A DNA stretch of 20,000 nucleotides, taken from sequence record SRR9188677_124. One strand, written 5' to 3'. A program made the translations under genes and the position numbers. The notes below the pieces were generated by a model. That model was given only the letters and a program-made list of their open reading frames with translations. It was not told the DNA's origin and made no database searches. Of this stretch, positions 8,149 to 16,196 are shown in pieces; the stretch's first letter is position 1; each line of letters opens with the position of its first letter.

Positions 8149-9396
8149 TTAATTAAAGAGCTCTTCGCCAACTACAAAGTTTAGCTCTTCATATACCTTA
8201 ATCCGGTCGGCCTGAAGTCGGTTGAATTCCTTGATACTCTCGTTATAGGTTTCTATGAAATCGATGAATTCCAAAAGTGTTACGTTTCGCTTTTGGAAAT
8301 TTTCATACATTCCTTTGCTTAGCAATTCGAATTGATCTGTAAAATGGTTTTCAACGCTTTTGTAGGCGGTTTCCGCAACAGATACTTTCTGGAGCGCTGC
8401 ATCCACTTCGTTGCTAATACTATTTTCCTTTGCTCTTTCAGCCGTTTTGAAATAACTGATATTGCTCTTCGCTGCCCGGATGTTGCCCTGATTTCTGTTA
8501 AAAACGGGCAAGTCTATTGAAGCCGAGAACCCGACATAGTTATTGACATAATTACTTGCCTGATCATAAGTAGCACCAAGCTGAATATTGGGAATGGCCA
8601 GTGCTTTTTGAAGCGTATAGTTGAGCTCAGCTTGCTTGGTGGACGACTGAACCACTTTTAGATCCGATCTACTTAAAATCGCTCTGTCTTTTAGCAGGCC
8701 AAGATTGAAATTTTTGATCTGATATCGATTGATATCTGTACTGTCCACAACTGGTTTGGCTGGCGATTCAATGTTGAGGAAAGTTCTCAGATCACGCTGA
8801 TTCTCTGTAAGTTCGAAAAGAATATCAGCACGATCGTTGGTCAGTTGAAACAACAGCGCTTTAAGCCTGACTACTTCTTTCAAAGAAATATTACTCCGAT
8901 TGTATTCTTTGTCGAATGCAGCAACGGTCGTATTAAGTGTTCCGATCTGGCGATCCAGTAACTGTATCGTTTGATTGAGAAAGTAGGTTTCGAAGAAAAT
9001 CTGACGCAATTCGAACTTCAGCGTCCGTATCAGATCATAAAATTGAAACTCTGTTTTTCTGGTAGATTCGACATCCAGCGCTACCTGTTTGTTCCGCTTA
9101 CCAGCGCGGGTAATCATCTGCTGGAGGCTGATCGCTTTCTGTCCCTGCCGTCCTACATCCAAAAATCCACGGGAAGGGTTGTACGCACTCAATTCGACAC
9201 TCAGGGCCGGATTATCCCATAATTTATCCTGTATTTCTATCGACTTGGCAATGTCAATCTGATATTTCTCTGCAAGCAATTGCAGGTTATTTGTCAGGAA
9301 CAGACTGTCGGCCTGGTGGATAGTAAGTCTGAGGGTATCCTGGGCAAAAAGAGTGCTGGTAGTGAAAAATAAGAGTCCGATTAAATAAATTCGCAT
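8149..9396 (-). CDS. TolC family outer-membrane efflux protein (CzcC-like)
   Basis: 415 aa with signal peptide ending LFA|Q. OEP-family motifs NNLQLLAEKYQI, AGKRNKQ, SIDLPVFNRNQGNIRAAK and VTLLEFID. First gene of the C-B-A cluster. Confidence 0.92.
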   Translation of the reverse strand: MRIYLIGLLFFTTSTLFAQDTLRLTIHQADSLFLTNNLQLLAEKYQIDIAKSIEIQDKLWDNPALSVELSAYNPSRGFLDVGRQGQKAISLQQMITRAGKRNKQVALDVESTRKTEFQFYDLIRTLKFELRQIFFETYFLNQTIQLLDRQIGTLNTTVAAFDKEYNRSNISLKEVVRLKALLFQLTNDRADILFELTENQRDLRTFLNIESPAKPVVDSTDINRYQIKNFNLGLLKDRAILSRSDLKVVQSSTKQAELNYTLQKALAIPNIQLGATYDQASNYVNNYVGFSASIDLPVFNRNQGNIRAAKSNISYFKTAERAKENSISNEVDAALQKVSVAETAYKSVENHFTDQFELLSKGMYENFQKRNVTLLEFIDFIETYNESIKEFNRLQADRIKVYEELNFVVGEELFN

Positions 9397-9435
9397 GTCG
9401 ACTATTTTAGAAGATGCGATATTCGGAACCCGACA

Positions 9436-9474
9436 TTACAGGGGGCTTAAAATAATGTTAGAAAAAAATTAGAA
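9436..9474 (-). promoter_or_regulatory. Four 11-bp-phased direct repeats; candidate binding array for the adjacent OmpR-family regulator
   Basis: Plus-strand hexamers TTACAG (9436), TTAAAA (9447), TTAGAA (9458) and TTAGAA (9469) are exactly 11 nt apart. The minus strand reads TTCTAA-N5-TTCTAA-N5-TTTTAA-N5-CTGTAA, 40-80 nt upstream of the TolC start. Confidence 0.6.
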
Positions 9475-9477
9475 TCG

Positions 9478-10845
9478 TCAGACGTGATTTAATTGAACTT
9501 GAAATTCGCTGCCAGCGCCTAATTCACTGGTGACAGAGATGGTCCCGTGGTGCAATTCGACGATGCGCTGACATATGGAAAGGCCTATTCCAAAACCGGG
9601 AAGTTCACTTGTGTGAGAAGACCTGAAAAAAGGATTGAAAATTTGAGATAAATCGTCTTTGCTGATGCCTACACCACGATCCTTTAAACTAACCCGGCAA
9701 TGTTTTTCGTCAGTAGAAATCAGGATCTCTGCCTTGTTGTCTTTGGAATATTTGCAGGCGTTGTCAATCAGGTTAAGAAAGACGCGTTTAAGCAATTCTT
9801 CATTTCCCTCAATGATCGTCTCATTTTCATTTTCGGGTATTTTAGTATAATCAATGCTGACGCTGTAATTGGGAAAAGAAGTTAGTAACTCTTCCTTTGC
9901 AACAAATACAACGTCTTCAATACGCACAGGAGATAATTTCATACGACCCATATTTTCATAGGACCTTGCAAGAAAAAGAAGGTTATTGGTGATGCTGATC
10001 AACCTTTCCGTATCCGAAAACAGATTATTAAAAACTTCTTCCAGATCGGGATTATTTTTAGTAAACCGCTGACCAAGTTGAATCTCGGATTTGAGTGCCG
10101 CCAAGGGCGTTCGTAATTCATGCGAGGCGTGCGAAACGAAACTTTTTTGCTGTTCAAATGCGAGATTTAAACGATACAAAACGGTATTGAAGTTGATGGC
10201 AAGTTGTGCAATTTCATCTTTACGATTTCCTTCATCCAGTTTTTGCGAAAGGTTTTGGGCGGTAATAAGTGAAACTTGCTCGTTAATCTTACTAATTGGC
10301 TTTAGTGAGTTTCCTGCAAAATAAATCCCTAACACGATGGTAACCGCTATACCGGCAAGTAAACCCCAGGCAAGCGTTTTAATAAGATTATTCTGCTTGC
10401 TACGCCCAAATTTGTCGTACGCAGATGCAAGAACAACAAGCGGCTCGGTTCCTTCCGTGTAAAGCAGTCCAATTACTTCACTATCATCCTGCACAAATTC
10501 CATTTCCCGCTGTTGGCGAACCTCCTGAAGCAGCTCGGCATGATAAGTAATCAGTTTGTCATCAACGCTGGAATAAATAAGGTCATTTTTGGAATTGAAG
10601 ATCAGCACTTTTTCATCCAGCATTTCGGTCAATGTGTTTTGATCGATCACCTTCAAAAGGTTTTTATCAATACCATTGACTTTTACCAAAAGCCTGCAAG
10701 TTGTTTGAGCCTTGCTTTTTAATCTGTCAAAAAATTCTTCTTGTCGAAACGTGGACGAAACCGTGTACACAGCAACAGAAAACATGCATAGCAGCGCGGC
10801 TACCAGAATAGTAAACTGCAATGCGATTCGGTCTTTTATTTTCAT
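9478..10845 (-). CDS. HAMP-domain sensor histidine kinase (CusS/CzcS-like)
   Basis: Two TM segments, HAMP (LKPISKI...DEIAQLAINFN), H-box SHELRTPL, N-box NLIDNACKYS, G1 DRGVGI, F-box IFNPFFR, G2 GFGIGL. Confidence 0.95.
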   Translation of the reverse strand: MKIKDRIALQFTILVAALLCMFSVAVYTVSSTFRQEEFFDRLKSKAQTTCRLLVKVNGIDKNLLKVIDQNTLTEMLDEKVLIFNSKNDLIYSSVDDKLITYHAELLQEVRQQREMEFVQDDSEVIGLLYTEGTEPLVVLASAYDKFGRSKQNNLIKTLAWGLLAGIAVTIVLGIYFAGNSLKPISKINEQVSLITAQNLSQKLDEGNRKDEIAQLAINFNTVLYRLNLAFEQQKSFVSHASHELRTPLAALKSEIQLGQRFTKNNPDLEEVFNNLFSDTERLISITNNLLFLARSYENMGRMKLSPVRIEDVVFVAKEELLTSFPNYSVSIDYTKIPENENETIIEGNEELLKRVFLNLIDNACKYSKDNKAEILISTDEKHCRVSLKDRGVGISKDDLSQIFNPFFRSSHTSELPGFGIGLSICQRIVELHHGTISVTSELGAGSEFQVQLNHV

Positions 10846-10875
10846 TGACTTTCTTTCGGGAGCGGTTGATTTACT

Positions 10876-11562
10876 CTAATCTTCTTTTAAAATATAACCA
10901 AGTCCTGGCCTGGTATGGATCAGCTTGGTTTCAAAATCCCGATCTACTTTTTTTCGCAGGTAATTGATATAAACCTCCACAACATTTGTTCCGGGATCGA
11001 AATTGAGGTGCCATACATGTTCAGCCAGATCCATTTTTGATACTACCCGGCCGCGATTGATCAGAAAATATTCCAAAAGGGCAAATTCCTTTGCAGTAAG
11101 TTCAATTGATTTTCCGGCACGAATGACCTCTTTGGTTCCCAAATTCATTTCCAGATCAGCGATTTTCAGAACCTTATTCTCATTTTCAGGATTACGGATT
11201 TCCGAAATTCGTAACGCCGCATTGATTCTTGCAAGCAATTCGCGGAAGTCAAATGGCTTTACAATATAATCGTCGGCGCCTCGGCCCAATCCTTCCACCT
11301 TGTCTTCGATTTCCCCATATGCTGTTAGCATGATGATCGGAATGGCAGGCTTGTAAAGCCTTATTTGCTGACAAACCTCATAACCACGCATGCCGGGCAA
11401 ATTTACGTCCAAAAGGATAAGGTCGAATTTTTTGTCCAACGCCATTTGCTTTCCCGTTATTCCATCGTGAGCTATCTCGGCATCAAAGTTTTCGGATACC
11501 AAACCACGCATGATATTCTGGGCAATTCGCCGATCGTCTTCAACTATTAATATTTTTTTCAT
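10876..11562 (-). CDS. OmpR/PhoB family response regulator (CusR/CzcR-like)
   Basis: Receiver motifs ILIVEDD, LLDVNLPG, IIMLTA, GADDYIVKPF. Winged-helix motifs LTAKEFALLEY, NVVEVYINYLRKKVD, IHTRPGLGY. Confidence 0.96.
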   Translation of the reverse strand: MKKILIVEDDRRIAQNIMRGLVSENFDAEIAHDGITGKQMALDKKFDLILLDVNLPGMRGYEVCQQIRLYKPAIPIIMLTAYGEIEDKVEGLGRGADDYIVKPFDFRELLARINAALRISEIRNPENENKVLKIADLEMNLGTKEVIRAGKSIELTAKEFALLEYFLINRGRVVSKMDLAEHVWHLNFDPGTNVVEVYINYLRKKVDRDFETKLIHTRPGLGYILKED

Positions 11563-11602
11563 AAGGTGGCAAGTCGGGCTTGTAATGGAATAATGTTTGA
11601 GG

Positions 11603-11704
11603 TTTTAACGCATTTGGCGCAATAGTTAAAGCAATGGATGCCAAGAAATAGATCTACTAACCTCTCGTCCATTGCGAAACCTATCGTGTCCATTGCGTTT
11701 AAAA
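11603..11704. repeat. Degenerate ~100-bp palindromic intergenic repeat (CGCAATGGAC / GTCCATTGCG units)
   Basis: Outer arms TTTTAACGCA (11603-11612) and TGCGTTTAAAA (11694-11704). GCAATGGA (11631-11638) is complementary to TCCATTGC, which occurs twice in the tandem units AACCTCTCGTCCATTGCG (11659-11676) and AACCTATCGTGTCCATTGCG (11678-11697). Confidence 0.65.
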
Positions 11705-11706
11705 AC

Positions 11707-12867
11707 CTACAAAATAGCCAATGCTTGTTCCAGATCGGCAATTAAATAGTCAGCATCTTCGAATCCAATATACAGCCGAGCCATTCTGTGCTTTTCAATG
11801 GATGGGTCAAATACTTCTGGTCCTAATCCGGCTGCTTGTGGCAATATAAGGGATTCGTGTCCACCCCAGGATACAGCGACTAAAAAGTGGTTGAGCGCGT
11901 AGGTGAATTTCTCGATTTGAGAATAAGAATCGGTTTTCATAACAACGGTAAAAAGTCCGCAAGCGCCCGTCATCTGCTTACGAGCCAATTCCAATTGCGG
12001 GAAGTCTTCATCGAAAGGAAAGATAACGCGCTCAATTTTTTGGTGACTTTTGAGGTAAGTAATTACCTTTTTTGTGGTTTCAGTTATATGCTTCAGACGC
12101 ATAGGCAATGTACGTAACCCGCGAAGAATAAGCCATGCATTGAAAGGTGATATACCTGATCCGTTGTTGAGTAACTGTTCAAAAAAAATCTTTGCCAACA
12201 TTTCCTTACTGCCGGTCAATACCCCTGCAACAGTATCGCTATGGCCTCCCAAATACTTGGTCGCCGACTGCAAACTGAGGTCTATTCCAAATGAAAGTGG
12301 TTTCTGATGAATAGGGGAGGAGTAGCTATTGTCCACAATGGTCAGTATACCATGGCTCTTAGCCAGCTTGGCAACGGCTTCAAGATCCTGTAACTCGAAC
12401 GTGCCGGAATTAGGTGATTCGAGATATATTATTCTGGTTTCTGGACGAATCGCGTTCTCGAAATTTTCGATTTTGGTACCGTCAATGTAAGTCGTTTGCA
12501 CATTAAATCGAGGCAAAAGATTATCAAACATTCTCCATGCCCAGCTATACGGCTTATCTACCGAAATAATATGATCCCCGGATTTGACATTTGCAAGTAC
12601 TGAGCAAAAAATGGCGGAAGCGCCGCTGTTAAAAACCAATGCATCTTCTGCACCATCCAATGCTGCCAGTTTTTTTCTTAAAATTTCTATTGTCGGATTT
12701 TTGCCTCTTGAATACAAAAAGGCCGAATCTTCATCATCAAATGCTTTCTTAATATCGTCAAATGAATCAAAAACAAAGTTGCTGGTCTGCATGATGGGTG
12801 GCGAAACAGCATTGAAATATAAACTGCGATCTTCGCCAAGCTCATTCAGAATGTGAGAGATTTCCAT
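11707..12867 (-). CDS. PLP-dependent trans-sulfuration family enzyme (cystathionine gamma-synthase/lyase or methionine gamma-lyase family)
   Basis: Motifs PPIMQTSNF, YSRGKNPT, FNSGASAI, YLESPNS, IVDNSY, PLP-lysine motif SATKYLGGHSD, RGLRTLPMR, VSWGGHESL, RLYIGFED. The exact specificity cannot be resolved. Confidence 0.92.
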   Translation of the reverse strand: MEISHILNELGEDRSLYFNAVSPPIMQTSNFVFDSFDDIKKAFDDEDSAFLYSRGKNPTIEILRKKLAALDGAEDALVFNSGASAIFCSVLANVKSGDHIISVDKPYSWAWRMFDNLLPRFNVQTTYIDGTKIENFENAIRPETRIIYLESPNSGTFELQDLEAVAKLAKSHGILTIVDNSYSSPIHQKPLSFGIDLSLQSATKYLGGHSDTVAGVLTGSKEMLAKIFFEQLLNNGSGISPFNAWLILRGLRTLPMRLKHITETTKKVITYLKSHQKIERVIFPFDEDFPQLELARKQMTGACGLFTVVMKTDSYSQIEKFTYALNHFLVAVSWGGHESLILPQAAGLGPEVFDPSIEKHRMARLYIGFEDADYLIADLEQALAIL

Positions 12868-12936
12868 TAATTAATGTAACGGTTTAGTATTAGTAAAGGA
12901 CGATTTTGGGAAGCCCGTATTGAACAAATTGTTTAC

Positions 12937-13941
12937 TTATTGAATTACGGGTGTTTGCAAAACAATCCCATTGTCGATCGAATGTAATATAGCCTTATTG
13001 CTATGAGCAAAATAGCAGGTGTCAATCCCCAGATTTTGAATGTTTTTCAGAAACATGCTTGCTTCGGGCTTGCTTCTTGATCTTGTTTGCCGAATGTACA
13101 CGGCGCGAACATTTTTAGGGAATTGTTTACAGATTTGTTCGTAGATCCCAGGATCCTTTTGCGAATCGTCTCCTAGTAGTATGAATTGCAATTCAGGATA
13201 AAATTCGATGATGTTGTGAATCTTTCGGAGCTTATGTCCATGAGATCCAGCGCCAGTCGAAACAAAATCATCTATTCCAGACTTTATTTTTTTAAGTTTC
13301 AAAATAGCCTTTGGTAACCCGTTCAATTCCGCAAACCTCACTATCATATCGTACAGGTTCCATTCACTGCTTGATACGTAAAAGAAAATGTTGGTATTTT
13401 CAATTGGGTGAATGCGGGTGGCGAATGATAGTAATTGATAATGCTTGACTACATCGTCAAAAGGTTTACGAGCCTGCACATTTTTTGAAAGTAACAAAAA
13501 AAGCTTTTTGAAAGATGTCCGGCTATGGGAAACCAGAAACGTATCATCTATATCGGATATGATGCCGTATGAACTCGGGTAGGGAAGAAAAAACTCGTCC
13601 TGCCTCGTTACCTGAAATTTACGACCATTTATTTCGTCGTCGATGCTAACTTCATAGTTATGCCATCCACTTTCGAAGCCTTCATGAAACGGAACCTGAA
13701 ACCTGAAATAGCCGTCTTCCTCAGCTATTGTTTCGGTTACTAACGAGCCAACTCGTAAAATAACTTTTACGTTAGGAATGGTTTTTATTGAAAAGAGTTG
13801 AATAATGGTTCTTGCGTACCGAAACCCTTTTCTTGTATATTTATGATCTCCGGAAGGATATTTTTCCACCACGTGACCAAATACCACCAATTCCTTTTTA
13901 TTTGCATAACCGCGATATAATTTTATGTCGCACCGTTTCAT
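12937..13941 (-). CDS. App1 family phosphatidate phosphatase (DUF2183 domain, HAD-like)
   Basis: Catalytic DxDxT motif in IISDIDDT, plus FFYVSSSEWNLY, FILLGDDSQKDPGIY and VRAVYIR. ATG at 13941 (the track start 13950 is TTG). Confidence 0.88.
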   Translation of the reverse strand: MKRCDIKLYRGYANKKELVVFGHVVEKYPSGDHKYTRKGFRYARTIIQLFSIKTIPNVKVILRVGSLVTETIAEEDGYFRFQVPFHEGFESGWHNYEVSIDDEINGRKFQVTRQDEFFLPYPSSYGIISDIDDTFLVSHSRTSFKKLFLLLSKNVQARKPFDDVVKHYQLLSFATRIHPIENTNIFFYVSSSEWNLYDMIVRFAELNGLPKAILKLKKIKSGIDDFVSTGAGSHGHKLRKIHNIIEFYPELQFILLGDDSQKDPGIYEQICKQFPKNVRAVYIRQTRSRSKPEASMFLKNIQNLGIDTCYFAHSNKAILHSIDNGIVLQTPVIQ

Positions 13942-13986
13942 ATTTATCAATAGTCACAAAAGCTTCAAGTCCCTAAATTAGACAAT

Positions 13987-14862
13987 ATGTCGTCAGAACG
14001 AAAGATTTTATTAGTCGTAAACCCGATTTCAGGTGATTTGATAAAAGATGATATTTTCGAAATTGTAATTGAAAAAGCCAGAATCGAAGGATTTGATCTT
14101 CGGATTTATTCCACTTCCGGGAATGAAGATTTTGAGAATGTTAGAGATATGGTACGAAACATTAAGCCGGAAAAAGTCTTGGTTGCTGGTGGCGATGGTA
14201 CTATTTCTATGGTAGCCCAGGCTGTACATGGCGAGGAAGTAGTTTTGGGCATTATACCGGCCGGTTCGGCCAATGGGCTGGCCACTGACTTTGGTATTCC
14301 TAATTACCTGACAGATTCTGTTAACATTGCTTTTGCTGACAATTCCATAGGCATCGATGCAGTAAGTATTAATGGCGATATAAGTTTGCATTTGAGTGAC
14401 ATTGGATTGAATGCATTGCTAATTAAAAATTATGAAGGAAGTGATAAGCGGGGAATCATGGGTTATGCCCGGGAAATGATAAAAACGCTGAGCGAACATG
14501 AGAATTTTCAGGTAAGGATTACGACGGATGAAGAAGTGATCGAAACGGAAGCCTTGATAGTGATCATCGCAAATGCGCAGAAATATGGCACTGGGGTTAG
14601 TATCAATCCAACGGGGAATATGTCTGATGGTAAGTTTGAACTGGTCATCGCTAAAAAGCTTGATTTTATTGAAACTGCAAAAATCCTCACCGGAAACACC
14701 GATTTCAATCCGGAGATTATGCGAGTAATTTCCGTCGAAAAGGCAACCATTGAGTGTCTGGACAAAGAGGTTTATTTTCAAATTGACGGTGAGTATAAGG
14801 GGTTGGTGAAACTGGTGGAGGCGGAGATTTTGAAAAATTATATTACGGTAGCTGTTCCTTAG
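13987..14862 (+). CDS. Diacylglycerol/lipid kinase family protein (YegS/DgkB-like)
   Basis: Motifs VVNPISG, VAGGDGT, IIPAGSANGLA, IANAQKYGTG, SDGKFEL and FQIDGE. Confidence 0.93.
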   Translation: MSSERKILLVVNPISGDLIKDDIFEIVIEKARIEGFDLRIYSTSGNEDFENVRDMVRNIKPEKVLVAGGDGTISMVAQAVHGEEVVLGIIPAGSANGLATDFGIPNYLTDSVNIAFADNSIGIDAVSINGDISLHLSDIGLNALLIKNYEGSDKRGIMGYAREMIKTLSEHENFQVRITTDEEVIETEALIVIIANAQKYGTGVSINPTGNMSDGKFELVIAKKLDFIETAKILTGNTDFNPEIMRVISVEKATIECLDKEVYFQIDGEYKGLVKLVEAEILKNYITVAVP

Positions 14863-14980
14863 ATATCTCTTTATATTAATTATAAAAACCAGCACTGATG
14901 GCTTAACAATCATCTGTTGCATCAGTAGCTGCTGCTTTTTACTGCCTTTTCAGCAAAATGATCACTTTAACCTGTCCCGG

Positions 14981-16129
14981 ATGAAACCTTTTCTACCTCT
15001 GCTAATTGCTGTCATTAGTGTTACCATGAGTTTCGCTCAGAAAGTAGAACTATGCCAGGGAGCTTACTTTACCGAAGCAGAAGGAAAAGCTTTTCTTGAC
15101 AGAAATCCAATAACTACTAAATTAGAATGGGAAGCGAGAGCCACCGCAATTCGAAACCAGATTAAAGAAGGTATGGGTTTGCAGACCATGCCGCCTAAGC
15201 CAAATTCAGCGCCTATCACTCACAGTAAGAAGGTCATGGATGGCTATACCATTGAAAATGTAGCATTTGAAAGTTTACCGGGTTTTTATGTAACTGGTAA
15301 TTTGTACAAACCATTAAAAGAGCAGAAATCTTACGCTGCAGTATTGGCTCCGCATGGTCATGGTGAAAATCCGCATGGGCGTTTTCGTGAACAAACTCAA
15401 AAAAGGTGCGCAACCCTTGCTCGTATGGGTGCTATCGTGTTCGTTTTCGATATGGTCGGGCAGGGTGATTCAAAACAGTGTGAACACAAGATGCCGAAGG
15501 CTTTGAAACTCCAGACTATTAATGCTATCCGGTCTCTGGATTTTTTGATATCACAACCGGGTGTTGATCCCCAAAGAGTTGCAGTGACTGGTGAATCTGG
15601 TGGAGGAACGCAGACCTTCATCCTGACAGCGCTTGATGAAAGAGTTAAAGTTTCTGTTCCAACGGTGATGGTTTCTGCCCATTTTTTCGGAGGATGTGTT
15701 TGTGAAAGCGGTTTGCCGATTCATAAAAACGGTGATTTTCAGACCAATAACGTACAAATTGCTGCCCTTGCTGCGCCACGGCCCATGTTACTGACATCCG
15801 ACGGTGATGACTGGACAAAGAATACCCCCAATGTTGAGTACCCTTACATTCGTAAAGTTTACGAGTTGTATGGCAAGCAGGACTTAGTTCAAAATGTGCA
15901 TTTGCCTAACGAAAAACATGATTACGGTCCGTCGAAGCGCAAAGCAATGTACTCCTTCATGGCCAAATACCTGAATCTTGACTTAAAAACCGTTACTGAC
16001 AAAAACGGGGAAATAGACGAAACGCCATCAAAATTATTAGAACAAAAAGACCTCGAAGTCTTCAATTCGGCGCACCCTCGGCCATCCAATGCAGTAATGG
16101 GAAATGAGGCAGTACTTGGCCTTTTGTAG
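14981..16129 (+). CDS. Secreted alpha/beta-hydrolase, acetylxylan esterase-like
   Basis: Signal peptide ending SFA|Q. IENVAFESLPGFYVTGNLY, PHGH, nucleophile elbow GESGGG, AAPRPML, and candidate catalytic residues in GDDWT and HDY. Confidence 0.85.
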   Translation: MKPFLPLLIAVISVTMSFAQKVELCQGAYFTEAEGKAFLDRNPITTKLEWEARATAIRNQIKEGMGLQTMPPKPNSAPITHSKKVMDGYTIENVAFESLPGFYVTGNLYKPLKEQKSYAAVLAPHGHGENPHGRFREQTQKRCATLARMGAIVFVFDMVGQGDSKQCEHKMPKALKLQTINAIRSLDFLISQPGVDPQRVAVTGESGGGTQTFILTALDERVKVSVPTVMVSAHFFGGCVCESGLPIHKNGDFQTNNVQIAALAAPRPMLLTSDGDDWTKNTPNVEYPYIRKVYELYGKQDLVQNVHLPNEKHDYGPSKRKAMYSFMAKYLNLDLKTVTDKNGEIDETPSKLLEQKDLEVFNSAHPRPSNAVMGNEAVLGLL

Positions 16130-16196
16130 AACAATCAATGAAATAACTATCTTGCGAATTGTCGTCTATTCATGACAATTTTGAAAGCAATCCGAT

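Noticed and set aside
11559-11741. 60-aa minus-strand ORF upstream of the response regulator as a leader peptide
   Set aside because: It overlaps the PLP-enzyme 3' end and is mostly a translation of the palindromic repeat (AMD...AMD). There is no independent support.
14893-14926. ACTGATG...CATCAGT inverted repeat after the DAG kinase as a terminator
   Set aside because: Long imperfect loop and no adjacent U-tract, so support is too weak.
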